Of a stretch of DNA of 64,000 bases, positions 38,049-53,844 are shown piece after piece. Where the stretch lies: the NCBI GenBank assembly GCA_964016885.1, contig OZ024743.1, positions 240,560,001-240,624,000 of the forward strand. Direction: 5' to 3'. Under the pieces are notes generated by a model that worked only from the letters and a program-made list of their open reading frames with translations, was not told the origin of the DNA and did no database searches. The DNA comes from Eledone cirrhosa. Lineage: Eukaryota. Position 1 is the first letter of the stretch; each line of letters begins with the position of its first letter. Position numbers and translations under genes: made by a program.

Positions 38049-38553
38049 TCTATATATATAAAACTGAGGATGTCAGTCTTTGTGTGTGAGTTTGAATCCC
38101 TAAAACTAGAGAAGCACCCAACCGACTGTTTTCAAACTTTACAAATGTAATACTTATATTTCAGGGAGTGTTCTGAGCAAAAAAAATTTCAAATTTTCAA
38201 TGCCCTGGAGACCACATTAGGCGATTTAGTGATCTCTTTCTATAATTCTTAGTATTTCTCTTTTTAGATAGATACATACATATAACGTTGCACCCTTATA
38301 ATATCTGTCTGTATGTCTGCTGCCTCCGATTATATTGCCACCCTTGCTCAAGACAAATCTCACACTCATTCCCCAAACAGTTGGTAAGTGCATACAACTT
38401 CTTCCTCACGTTTTAAGCCACAGTGTTGCTTACTTACGTACCACCAGACCCTTACTTCTTTGCCAGCTGTGGTTGTGGCAATACTAAGCTTAGCTAAAGC
38501 GGTTATATATTTCACAATACCTTATCCCATGCAACGCCGGGTACCACTGCTAG
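38049..38553 (+). mobile_element. Non-autonomous Helitron
   Basis: 5' TCTATATATATAAAACT; 3' CCCATGCAACGCCGGGTACCACTGCTAG-T (subterminal hairpin plus CTAG). Confidence 0.8.
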
Positions 38554-38675
38554 TATAGAATATATATGTGTTTACGTGCATATATATATATAAATTTCCA
38601 AAATGGCTGACTGAATACGCACATACATTTTTCCCTGTTCCTTCTCCTTCTCACTATCTTCTATTTCTCACTCTA

Positions 38676-38711
38676 TCTTCTGATGATAGACTAGTGTCCG
38701 AAACGTTAAGA
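38676..38711 (+). ncRNA. Minimal PLE-type hammerhead
   Basis: TCTT-CTGATGA-TA-GAC-TAGT-GTC-C-GAAACGTT-AAGA; palindromic AACGTT. Confidence 0.65.
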
Positions 38712-38856
38712 CTCTTTTCCTTGTATTTCAAGCGTTAAACTAATATATTTCTTCAATGTACTGTGTCGTCATTTTATTTAATATTTCTTTTTATCCTGTA
38801 TATATATATATATATAAATGTATATATATATAAATGTATATATATATATATAAATG

Positions 38857-38888
<32 letters not shown>

Positions 38889-38892
38889 AATG

Positions 38893-38928
<36 letters not shown>

Positions 38929-38966
38929 AATGTATATGTATATGTATATATATATATATATAAATG

Positions 38967-39024
<58 letters not shown>

Positions 39025-39234
39025 TTGTTATACTTGGGGAGGGTCATATTTGTGTAATATTGCCAGAATTAATAACAGAACACACTCACTGTTTGGTTGG
39101 TTTTCGCTTCTCGCTGTCTTTTATATCTGCGATCTAACTTAATCGGTCCTCAATGTTGCCATTGACTGACCGACGGTCAAAAATAATACAGATACAATAT
39201 AGACACAAACACATATATATAGTTTACATAATTT

Positions 39235-39274
39235 ACATAAATCTTTCGTTGCACATCTGCAACATCATCAGTGG
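39235..39274 (-). ncRNA. Type I hammerhead ribozyme
   Basis: CA-CTGATGA-T-GTTGCA-GATG-TGCAAC-GAAA-GAT-TTA-TG. Confidence 0.6.
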
Positions 39275-39547
39275 TGTTATATTTTTTCCTCCTGTTGTGT
39301 TGTATGTCTACACCATTTTTTTTATTCAGTCTGTCTATATATTTATTTATTTATTTGCTTGTTTGTTTATTTTATTTTGTCTTCTTTGCGCATGCGTTTG
39401 CGTGTGTGTACAGTGTTGTGTGTGCTGTGTGACTAGTGTGTATAGTGTTGTGTTTGCTGGGTGACTAGTGTGTGTTTATGTGCTTGTTATTGTGCTTAAA
39501 TATGTATTTATTTATCTTATTTTATTTTATTTTATTTATTTACTTAT

Positions 39548-39905
39548 TTATACTTCTCTTAGGTCAGTGTTTTTTGTTTGGGTGTTGTTGTTGTTCCACT
39601 CATTCTTTCTGTTTAGCTTTGGTCTTCTAATTTCTATTTCACTGGCCTCTCTGATTTGCCTATCTGCTGGGTCATTCCTATGTTTAGATATTGTTCTAAT
39701 TTCTATGTTGTCTATGTTACCGTCATGTTGTTGTCTAGCATGTTCGTATAGTACTGACCCGTTTTTTCGTCCTTTTAGTTCCCCCCAGTGTTGGTCTATC
39801 CTTTCACCTATGCTACGAGCTGTCTCACCTATGTATGTTGTTGTCATGTTTCTGCAAGTACTCTCTGTACATCTTATGCTATAGACTACGTTTCTAGTTT
39901 TACAC
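39548..39905 (-). CDS. Uninterrupted GIY-YIG endonuclease domain of a PLE (no native start; truncated)
   Basis: CKTRNVVYSIRC..C..YIGETARSIGERIDQH..SVLYEH..H..RQIREA..I..PKLNRKNEW. Confidence 0.85.
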
Positions 39906-40124
39906 AAATATGACCCTCCCCAAGTATAACAATATTTGTTTCGACACACGATTTCATATAAAAAACCTCGCTAAACTATATATATATATATATGTAATGT
40001 AGGAGGTGAGTTTTATTGTAGTACAATAAAGCAATGCAGATATCGGATAAGAAGCACTCTACAGTTTGTGGGACTGGAGTATGCATAATATAAGATCAAA
40101 AGATGGTTAAAGGAGTTCCATATA

Positions 40125-40191
40125 TTTTATTATGCGCATTTCAAAAACAAACATCATCAAGCAATAATATTTGTGTTTTCATCAGATAAAA
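40125..40191 (-). ncRNA. Type I hammerhead in a PLE end (39993-40300)
   Basis: TTTTAT-CTGATGA-AAACACAAA..TTTGTTTTT-GAA-ATGCGCAT-A-ATAAAA; bulged hairpin downstream at 40055-40081. Confidence 0.75.
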
Positions 40192-40396
40192 CAGGAGAAC
40201 ATGATATGAAGGCTAAAAAACACTTGTTGATAGTGCAGTTTTAAATCAACATATGAAAAGTGGTTTTAGATTGATGTGTGATATTGGGAAAAATATTTTA
40301 TTTAGAGAGGGGGGGGGGGAAGGATGAAAAGGGAAGGAGATGAGAGGGAGAGATGGGTGATAGAGAGAAAGAGATAGTTTTTATAACTGAGAGGAG

Positions 40397-43988
<3,592 letters not shown>

Positions 43989-43993
43989 CAAAT

Positions 43994-44644
43994 TCATCAT
44001 CATCATCATCGTTTAACGTCCATCTTCCACGCTTGCATGGGTTTGGACGGGAGTTTTCCCACTTGAGGCAAGAGTGGTTGTCTCGCTCGCATAGGACTGT
44101 CTGGCGGGTTTTCTACGGCTGGATGCCCTTCCTAACACCAACTACGTTGACAGTGTGGACTGGGAGGTTTTTACCGTGTTACCTACACGGCCACATTACA
44201 GCGTGGACTGTATTTTTTTGTCGTGACACCTACACGATCTCATTTGTTTTGGACTGGATGTTGTGGTACCAACATAACTTTACATTGAAAGGGGTGGTGT
44301 GGATGGGGTGGGGGTAGTGGGACGGGGGTGTATTTTGTTAGAGATGCCTACTGACTGTAGTAGGTTTCACTTTGTACTAAGGTATGGCTGGTCTTCTGTA
44401 TTACTGTGTAGCGCCAAAGATCTCGGTCCAGTGACATTGTCTTGGAGAGGTCTATGTGTGTGAGGTCGGAATTTATCAAGTCGTCCCAGGTTTTTCTGGG
44501 TCTGCCTACTCCGTGGCTACCGTCTATTTTTATTGCCCTGCACTTTTTTATACAGCTGTCGTCTTTCATGCGCATCACGTGACCATACCAACGTAGTCTT
44601 CTCTCGAGTAAACAACATCTGATCCCTCTTATTTCTAATTTTTC

Positions 44645-44678
<34 letters not shown>

Positions 44679-44765
44679 TCATCATTTAACATCCATCTTC
44701 CACGCTTGCATGGGTTTGGACGGGAGTTTTCCCACTTGAGGCAAGATTGGTTATCCTGCTCGTAT
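43994..44765 (-). mobile_element. Two RTE 3' ends (43994-44648; 44675-44765)
   Basis: REKLEIRGIRCCLLERRLRWYGHV..GRPRKTW plus 3' UTR. Confidence 0.92.
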
Positions 44766-44770
44766 AAAAT

Positions 44771-45650
44771 TAGCGGAGCAAGCGGTTATCAAACAATTCT
44801 TTAAATAAATTAAAAAACAATTTAAATAATCACCTGTTCAATTGCTGTTACCGACGGTTTCATCATTCCGAAAGATTGGAAATCCAGAGAATTTCCAATG
44901 GAAAGAAATGAATCTTCAGACAGCTCATTTCCACACCATAAGGTTGCTAGCCCCATAGTAAGTAAATATTTCGCTACCTGCCCAACGCATGCGGTCAGGC
45001 CGTTAAAATGACACACACGCAAAATCAGGTCGCAGATTAAAGAATTGTTTGATAACCGCTTGCTCCGCTATTTTTATATTGTTCTGGCATCTCAAATTAG
45101 TACCACTGAACCACAAATATTATAAACACCTTGTATATTTCTACAAGTACATAGTACCTGTTGAAGTATTCATCTACTTTTATAATTTTTCTCCTTATGT
45201 AGAGAACAAAATGTTGAATAATGCTGTTAGTTTTAGTGGCAATATCAACATGTTTATAATAAACAGCTATTATCTGTGACCTGATTTTGCGTCTGTGTCA
45301 TTTTAACGGCCTGACCGCATACGTTGGGCAGGTAGCGAAATATTTACTTACTATGGGGCTAGCAACCTTATGGTGTGGAAATGAGCTGTCTGAAGATTCA
45401 TTTCTTTCCATTGGAAATTCTCTGGATTTCCAATCTTTCGGAATGATGAAACCGTCGGTAGCAGCAATTGAACAGGTGATTATTTAAATTGTTTTTTAAT
45501 TTATTTAAAGAATTGTTTGATAACCGCTTGCTCCGCTATTTTTATATTGTTCTGGCATCTCAAATTAGTACCATTGAACCACAAATATTATAAACACCTT
45601 GTATATTTCTACAAGTACATAGTACCTGTTGAAGTATTCATCCACTTTTA
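44771..45650 (+). mobile_element. Non-coding PLE pLTR array: inverted copy plus ~1.3 tandem units (period ~468 bp)
   Basis: 44771-45036 mirrors 45273-45540; 45037-45183 is repeated at 45505-45650. Confidence 0.85.
45385..45465 (+). ncRNA. Type I hammerhead with long stem II (mirror at 44843-44924)
   Basis: GCTGT-CTGAAGA-T-TCATT..ATTGGAAAT-loop-ATTTCCAAT..AATGA-T-GAA-ACC-GTC-GGT-A-GCAGC. Confidence 0.8.
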
Positions 45651-45659
45651 TATATATAT

Positions 45660-48649
45660 ATCATCATCATTATCATCATTTAACGTTCGTGTTCCACGCT
45701 TGCATGGGTTTGGACGGGATTTTTCCCACTTTGCAAGAGTGGTTGTTTTGCTCGCATAGGACTGTCTGGCGGGTTTTCTACAGCTGGATGCCCTTCCTAA
45801 CACCAACCACATTTACAGCGTGGGACTGGGAGGTTTTTACCGTGTTGCCTACACGGCCACATTACAGCGTGGACTGTGTTTTTTTTTTGTCGTGACACCT
45901 ACACGATCTCATTTGTTTCGGCCTGGATGTTGTGGCACCAACGTAACTTTACATTGAAAGGGGCAGTGTGGTTGGGGTGGGGGTGGTGTGACGGGGGCGT
46001 ATTTTGTTAGAGATGCCTACTGACTGTAGTAGGTTTACTTTGTATTTAGGCAGGGCGGGTCTTCTCTATTACTGAGTACCGCCAAAGATCTCGGTCCAGT
46101 GACATTGTCTTGGAGAGGTGTGTGTGAGGTCGGAATTTATCAGGTCGTCCCAGGTTTTTCTGGGTCTACCTACTCCGTGGCTACCGTCTATCTTTATTGC
46201 CCTGCACTTTTTTATACAGCTGTCGTCTTTCATGCGCATCACGTGACCATACCAACGTAGCCTTCTCTCTAGTAAACAACATCTGATCCCTCTTATTTCT
46301 AATTTTTCCCTTAGTTCATTTATGCTTTGCCGTTCACGTATATTACTATTACACATCCAGCGGAGCATGCAAGCTTCGTTCCTCTCTAGTCTGCGTATAT
46401 CCTCTGCACACAATGCCCAGGTCTCACTGCCATGCAACATTGCTGTTCGCACGCAGGCATCATACAACCTGCCTTTCATTTTTAGGGAGAACCCTTTAGC
46501 GGCTAATAGTGGTATAAGCTCTCTGAACTTTTTCCATCCAGTTCTGACTCTAGCTACTGTACTTTCAGAGCACCCTCCCCCACTGCTGATTTTGTCACCC
46601 AGGTAACGGAAGCTGTCCACTATTTCTATAGAACCCTCTGCGCAATTGAAAGAGCTAGTATTTTGTGGGCACTTGCTGCTACTTATTGCACCAGAGCACT
46701 GGCCACATGTAAAATCTATGTTCTTAGTTAGCTTACCTGTGATCCCACTACATCTGTTATGCACCCATACTTTGCATTTGGGACATAAAATGGAGTTTCT
46801 ACCTACGCCTTTCCTACACACTGAGCATGGCCATTTCCCGGAAGGGACCGGCGCCTTATTTTCTTTCCTACAAACTAGAACTTTAGTCTTAGCCAGGTTA
46901 ATTTTAAGGCCTTTTGATTCTAGGCCGTGCTTCCATGTTTAGAATTTCTTCTCTAGCTCGGCCATTGATTCAGCTATGAGCGTTAGATCATCTGCGTATA
47001 GAAGTTCCCATGGGCAGCCGGTCTTGAACTCCACTGTTATAGCCTGAAGGGCAATAATAAATAGTAGGGGGCTAAGAACAGAGCCCTGATGAACACCAAC
47101 TTTTACACTAAACTCTTCACTATATTCGTTGTTAATTCTAACCTTGCTGACTGTTTCTTTATACATGGCTTGTATAGCTCTCACAAGCCATTCGTCAACA
47201 CCCAGTTTTCTAAGAGCCCACCAGATAATAGAACGGGGGACTCTGTCGAAGGCTTTCTCCAAGTCAACAAAAGCTAAGTATAGGGGTTTACTTTTAGCTA
47301 GGTACTTCTCCTGTAGTTGTCGTACAATGAAAAGAGCGTCTGTGGTACTTTTGCCTGACACAAACCCGAACTGCATTTCATCTCGGTCAATTCTCTCTCT
47401 GATTAGTTGTGCTATTACTTTTTCCGTGACCTTCATGACCTGGTCGATTAATTTAATGCCTCTATAGTTACTCCTATCTAGGGCATCTACTTTACCCTTG
47501 TAACAGTTAATGATGATGCTGCTACGCCAGTCCTTCGGAACAACCCCATTCTGTATGACTTGGTTTACTATCCGGGTGACCATGGTGTGTCCCACCGTTC
47601 CAGAGGCTTTCAGCATCTCAGCAACTATTTCCGAAGGCCCAGCCGCCTTACCCATCTTCATATCTTTGATTGCCTTACTTATTATACTACCTTCGACTAA
47701 CACTGCCGGTCCCTCTATTGGGTCGATGTGGGGGAGACTGTCTTTCTCCTCATTTAGAAGCCTTTCGTAGTGACACTTCCAAGCTACCTTCTTATCAGCG
47801 TCAGTGATGGCAAGTATGCCATCATCATTAAGTACACACTTCTCCCCGACAATATCACGGTTTTCCTTGACACATTGCCTAGCAATCCTGAACACCTCAC
47901 GTTTTTGGTCCTCACGTTGTAGAACATGCTTGAACTTTCTTTCCTCTGCTTCCCTTCTTGCGAAGTACACTTGTCTCCTAGCTTCCCTCCTGGCCACTTG
48001 ATAGTCTTCTCTACTTCCCCCATCCCGCCATACTTTCCAAGCCTGCTTTTTGGCCTGAATTGACTCCTCCACCTTACTGTTCCACCACCATGTTACTCTC
48101 CTCCTACATACAGGCCTGCTCCAGCCACAGACTTCGTCTGCCGCCGTCAGCAGGTTTGCTTTCAGGAATTCCCACTGTTCCTCTATATTATACGACTCTA
48201 ATTGCTCTTCCTTACTGTCGAAAGCATCAAGTAATATGCTTTGAAATTTATTTCTGGCTGTGGGGTCCTTTAGCTTCCATATTTTTCTCCTAAGGATAGT
48301 CTTCTTCCGCTGTCTAGTACGTCTCGTCCTGACTATGAGGTCGTTAATTATCAGTCTATGTTGGAAGGTGCATTCTTCATGGGGGAGGGATTTAGTGTTT
48401 ACAACAGACACTCTGTCACGTCTTCTGGTAAGGATATAATCTACCTGGTTGTGTGTTCCCCCGATCTATAGGTGATCAAGTGATTGTCTCGTTTTTTGAA
48501 GTTAGTGTTACAGATAGTTAGGTTATTTGCGTCACAGAATTCCAGGATTCTGGAGCCTTCCTCATTTCTAGTACCGAACCCATAGCCTCCATGCATTCCG
48601 TCATAGCCGTCACAATGTTGTCCAACGTGACCATTTAGGTCGCCTGCAA

Positions 48650-48655
<6 letters not shown>
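45660..48655 (-). mobile_element. Largest RTE LINE copy (~3 kb): APE C-terminal half, RT, PHD finger, 3' UTR
   Basis: IAGDLNGHVG..RNEEGSRILEFC..QVDYIL (APE); RT motifs YRGIKL, FVDLEKAFDRV, GVHQGSVLSP, LYADD. ORFs 46939-48411 and 46069-46821 are in one frame, separated by a CAA>TAA stop. Confidence 0.97.
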
Positions 48656-48688
<33 letters not shown>

Positions 48689-48702
48689 GTATATATATAT
48701 AT

Positions 48703-49086
48703 AAGAATTAAAATACTAGAGTGCGTTGGAGTTAAACACACTCGTCGTATTATAGAAATGACAGTATAAGATATAGCTCAATGTAATATAACAGAGCCGA
48801 AAAATTATAAAAAATAAACAAAGAGGCCTTCAATACATCAAAAGTCTTTATTAGCCAACAAAGTTTCGTCCCATTAATAAGGACTCATCAGGGCATGTTG
48901 AGCATGCTTTTCCTTGATATCTTTCCTAAGCTTTCATAGATATAAATTCCCTATTCTTCTGAGTTTGGTTTGTTCTGGCTGTTAATGCTCTTTACTTGCC
49001 CTGATGAGTCCTTATTAATGGGACGAAACATTGTTGGCTAATAAAGACTTTTGATGTATTGAAGGCCTCTTTGTTTATTTTTTATA
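48703..49086 (-). mobile_element. PLE fold-back end (90-bp arms) plus tail
   Basis: Arms 48806-48895 and 48997-49086; tail hairpin at 48775-48798. Confidence 0.85.
48996..49041 (+). ncRNA. Canonical-core type I hammerhead (mirror at 48851-48895)
   Basis: GCC-CTGATGA-GTCCT-TATTAAT-GGGAC-GAAAC-ATT-GTT-GGC, then AATAAA. Confidence 0.85.
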
Positions 49087-49091
49087 TATAA

Positions 49092-49400
49092 ATATCACAT
49101 AAGAAACGGAGAATCAGTGGTGTGACGAATTAAAATTTATTAGACATATTACAATCGTTTCTCTGGCGAAAAATCGAGACGTATCTGAGGATCTTGCGAT
49201 TTCATAATCAGGTTCGATCATCGCATCGATCGTGCCTCGAGCTAGTCGCCAGAGAAACGATTGTAATATGTCTAATAAATTTTAATTCGTCGCACCACTG
49301 ATTCTCCGTTTCTTATGTGATATTATACTCTGCTCTTTAAGAGCATCGAGTGCTCAAACGGTCTACCGCTTACGGACGCTTTAAGCATCCCACACCAATT
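49092..49400 (+). mobile_element. PLE fold-back end (78-bp arms) plus tail
   Basis: Arms 49092-49169 and 49246-49323; tail hairpin at 49326-49352. Confidence 0.85.
49177..49273 (+). ncRNA. Type I hammerhead with extended stem II
   Basis: AGACGTAT-CTGAGGA-TCTTGCGA..TCGCCAGA-GAAAC-GATT-GTA-ATATGTCT. Confidence 0.75.
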
Positions 49401-49820
49401 ATATATATATATATATATATATAGTAGGAAACAATAACAAAGAGTGCACTACGAACAGTGCTGGTATTAGGTGTATACACACACACACACACACATACAT
49501 ACATACAACCACATACATGCAGGTGTGAGGGCGTATATATATATATACACATACATAGTATCTATAAAACCTTATCATCCGAACATGTGACGAAACAGGT
49601 GTGTATTCTTCATTGTGAAAAGTCGTCGTCGGAATCGACTAAGATCCATCACACAAATACACAAACTTTCGTTTCGTCCATCATTTATAATGAATACACC
49701 TTCGAAAGCTAAAAATAACTAATCTATCGGGGTGGTAAGGCAACCTTTATATTTATACCCTCAACAGGAGACGTTCGTATACACAGAGTTATATAAAGCC
49801 ATACATAATTTGACATATAG

Positions 49821-49860
<40 letters not shown>

Positions 49861-50159
49861 GTTTCAATAACAGTGAAGACTGAGTAGGTACACACTCAAA
49901 CGTGTCAATATAGGAAATATATAAAAAGACACTGCTGAATTCGCAATCAGCATCAGTATCATAATATAGTCAGATAAAAATATTGTGATAAGGTTTTATA
50001 ATTAACGAAGTAAGGAAGTTGTTGAAGGTGAGGAGGGAAGGAAACTGGATGACTGTTCAAAGACATGGCAGCAGTTTCATAACAAAGGACAAGGAGAAAT
50101 CTTACCTCACCTGGCTAATTTAATAAACAACGGAACTCTCCATATATCCATCGATTTGT

Positions 50160-50335
50160 ATACACACTATATATATATACATACATACATGTTCATATAT
50201 ATTCGCAAGGTAATATACACATACATGTATATACATACACATATATACATACATACATGTATATACATACACATATATACATACACATATATACATACAT
50301 ACATGTATATACATACATGTATATATATACATGTA

Positions 50336-50421
<86 letters not shown>

Positions 50422-51564
50422 CATACATGTATATACATACATGTATATACATACATGTATATATATACATGTATATATATACATGTATATACATACATGT
50501 ATATATATACATGTATATACATACATGTATATACATACATGTATATATATACATGTATATACATACATGTATATACATACATGTATATATATACATGTAT
50601 ATATATACATGTATATACATACATGTATATATATACATGTATATATATATACATGTATATACATACATGTATATATATACATGTATATACATACATGTAT
50701 ATACATACATGTATATACATACATGTATATACATACATGTATATACATACATGTATATACATACATGTATATACATACATGTATATATATACATGTATAT
50801 ACATACATGTATATACATACATGTATATACATACATGTATATACATACATGTATATATATACATGTATATATATACATGTATATATATACATGTATATAT
50901 ATACATGTATATACATACATGTATATACATACATGTATATATATACATGTATATACATACATGTATATACATACATGTATATATATACATGTATATATAT
51001 ACATGTATATATATACATGTATATATATACATGTATATACATACATGTATATACATACATGTATATATATACATGTATATATATACATGTATATATACAT
51101 ACATATATACATACATATATATATATACATATATATACATACATATATATATATACATATATATATATACATATATATATACATACATGTATATATATAC
51201 ATGTATATACATACATGTATATACATACATGTATATACATACATGTATATACATACATGTATATACATACATGTATATACATACATGTATATACATACAT
51301 GTATATATATACATGTATATACATACATGTATATACATACATGTATATATATATATACATACATGTATATATATACATGTATATACATACATGTATATAT
51401 ATATATACATACATGTATATATATATATACATACATGTATATATATACATGTATATACATACATGTATATATATATATACATACATGTAAATATATATAC
51501 ATACATGTATATATATATATACATACATGTATATATACACATATATATACATACATGTATATAT

Positions 51565-51596
<32 letters not shown>

Positions 51597-52914
51597 ACAT
51601 GTATATACATACATGTATATATATATACATGTATATACATACATATATATATACATACATGTATATACATACATGTATATACATACATATATATATACAT
51701 ACATGTATATACATACATGTATATACATACATATATATATACATACATGTATATACATACATATATATATACATACATGTATATACATACATGTATATAC
51801 ATACATGTATATATAGACATACATGTATATATATACATACATGTATATAAATACATGTATATATATACATACATGTATATATATACATGTATATATATAC
51901 ATACATGTATATATATACATGTATATATATATACATACATGTATATATATATACATACATGTATATATATACATACATGTATATATATACATACATGTGT
52001 ATATATACATATATATATATACATATACATACATATATATATACATACATATATATATACATACATGTATATATATACATATATTTATATATACACATAT
52101 ATACATACATGTATATATATACATATATTTATATATACACATATATACATACATGTATATATACACATATATACATACATGTATATATACACATATATAC
52201 ATACATGTATATATATACATATATACATACATGTATATATATACATATATACATACATGTATATATATACATATATACATACATGTATATATATACATAT
52301 ATACATACATGTATATATATACATATATACATACATGTATATATATACATATATACATACATGTATATATATACATATATACATACATGTATATATATAC
52401 ATATATACATACATGTATATATATACATATATACATACATGTATATATATACATATATACATACATGTATATATATACATATATACATACATGTATATAT
52501 ATATACATATATACATACATGTATATATATATACATACATGTATATATATATACATACATGTATATATATATACATATATACATACATGTATATATATAT
52601 ACATATATACATACATGTATATATATACATATATACATACATGTATATATATACATATATACATACATGTATATATTACATATATACATACATGTATATA
52701 TATACATATATACATACATGTATATATATTACATATATACATACATGTATATATATTACATATATACATACACACATATATATATATATACACACACACA
52801 CACATATATATATACACACACACATATATATATACACACACACACATATATATACACACACACATATATATATACACACACACATATATATATACACACA
52901 CACATATATATATA
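50160..52914. repeat. ~2.7-kb TA/CA/TG satellite (10-, 12- and 26-bp units around ACATGT)
   Basis: Units TATATACATG and TATATACATACATG-like; 26-mer ACATGTATATATATACATATATACAT at ~52200-52500. Confidence 0.95.
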
Positions 52915-52915
52915 G

Positions 52916-53103
52916 AGATGAGATTCTACAGGACTAGAACTGTTTCATTCTTTAGAAATCATCAGAGATTCTTGATGATTTCTAAAGAATGAAACAGTTC
53001 TAGTCCTGTAGAATCTCATCTATTTTAAAACTTTTATACTCTGATATGTATTGAGTACCTTACTTACTGTGGTTACCTCCGATTCAACCCGGAATAACTT
53101 ACC
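52916..53103 (+). mobile_element. Minimal PLE fold-back (49-bp perfect arms) with hammerhead core and tail hairpin
   Basis: Arms 52916-52964 and 52973-53021; CTGATGA-T-TTC-TAAA-GAA-T-GAAAC on the minus strand; hairpin at 53037-53057. Confidence 0.8.
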
Positions 53104-53342
53104 TATATATATATACACACACATATATACCGATATATACACACACATTTATATATACCTATACACACATATATATAGACATATATATATATATCTACAT
53201 ATATATATATATATATACATACACACATTTATATAGACATATATATATATATCTATATATATATATATATATACATACACACATTTATATATACCTATAC
53301 ACACATATATATATACCTATACACACATATATATATACCTAT

Positions 53343-53437
<95 letters not shown>

Positions 53438-53809
53438 AATATAAATACGTAGACACAAATATACTTGTGAAAGAGGTATGTGTAGGGATAGATTAAAATA
53501 GTCATAGTATAACGGATCGATACATGTGTATAAAGGTAGAGAGCGGAATAAATGGATATAGTAATTTTTACTGGCACAGAGAAAGATACAAATGAAATGT
53601 AAGCAGGAATAAATTGGTTAATTCTTTATTTTACTAACAGACTAAGTGATGTCCCTAAACGAATTTAGACGTCCGATATTTCATAGATAAGAAATTAGAT
53701 AAGATCTGTAAGTGAATGAGTAGTATAGTACTTGGTATATATCGTATAAATTGACTCGTGTTACTATCGTGCAAATTCGACATTGATAAATTCCACATGT
53801 GTGTGTGTA

Positions 53810-53844
<35 letters not shown>

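Larger units (their letters stand above)
39022..39976 (-). mobile_element. 5'-truncated PLE (Naiad-like GIY-YIG) with 36-bp perfect inverted end
   Basis: Arms 39022-39057 and 39900-39935; hammerhead at 39235-39274; TA flanks. Confidence 0.88.

Noticed and set aside
50120-52992. Very long ORFs (up to 902 aa) of Y/I/H/T/C/M/V
   Set aside because: Translations of the satellite on both strands
53625-53713. Plus-strand TACTAACAG ... GTAAGT exon-like signals
   Set aside because: Stops in all three frames and no supporting context; at most a non-coding exon
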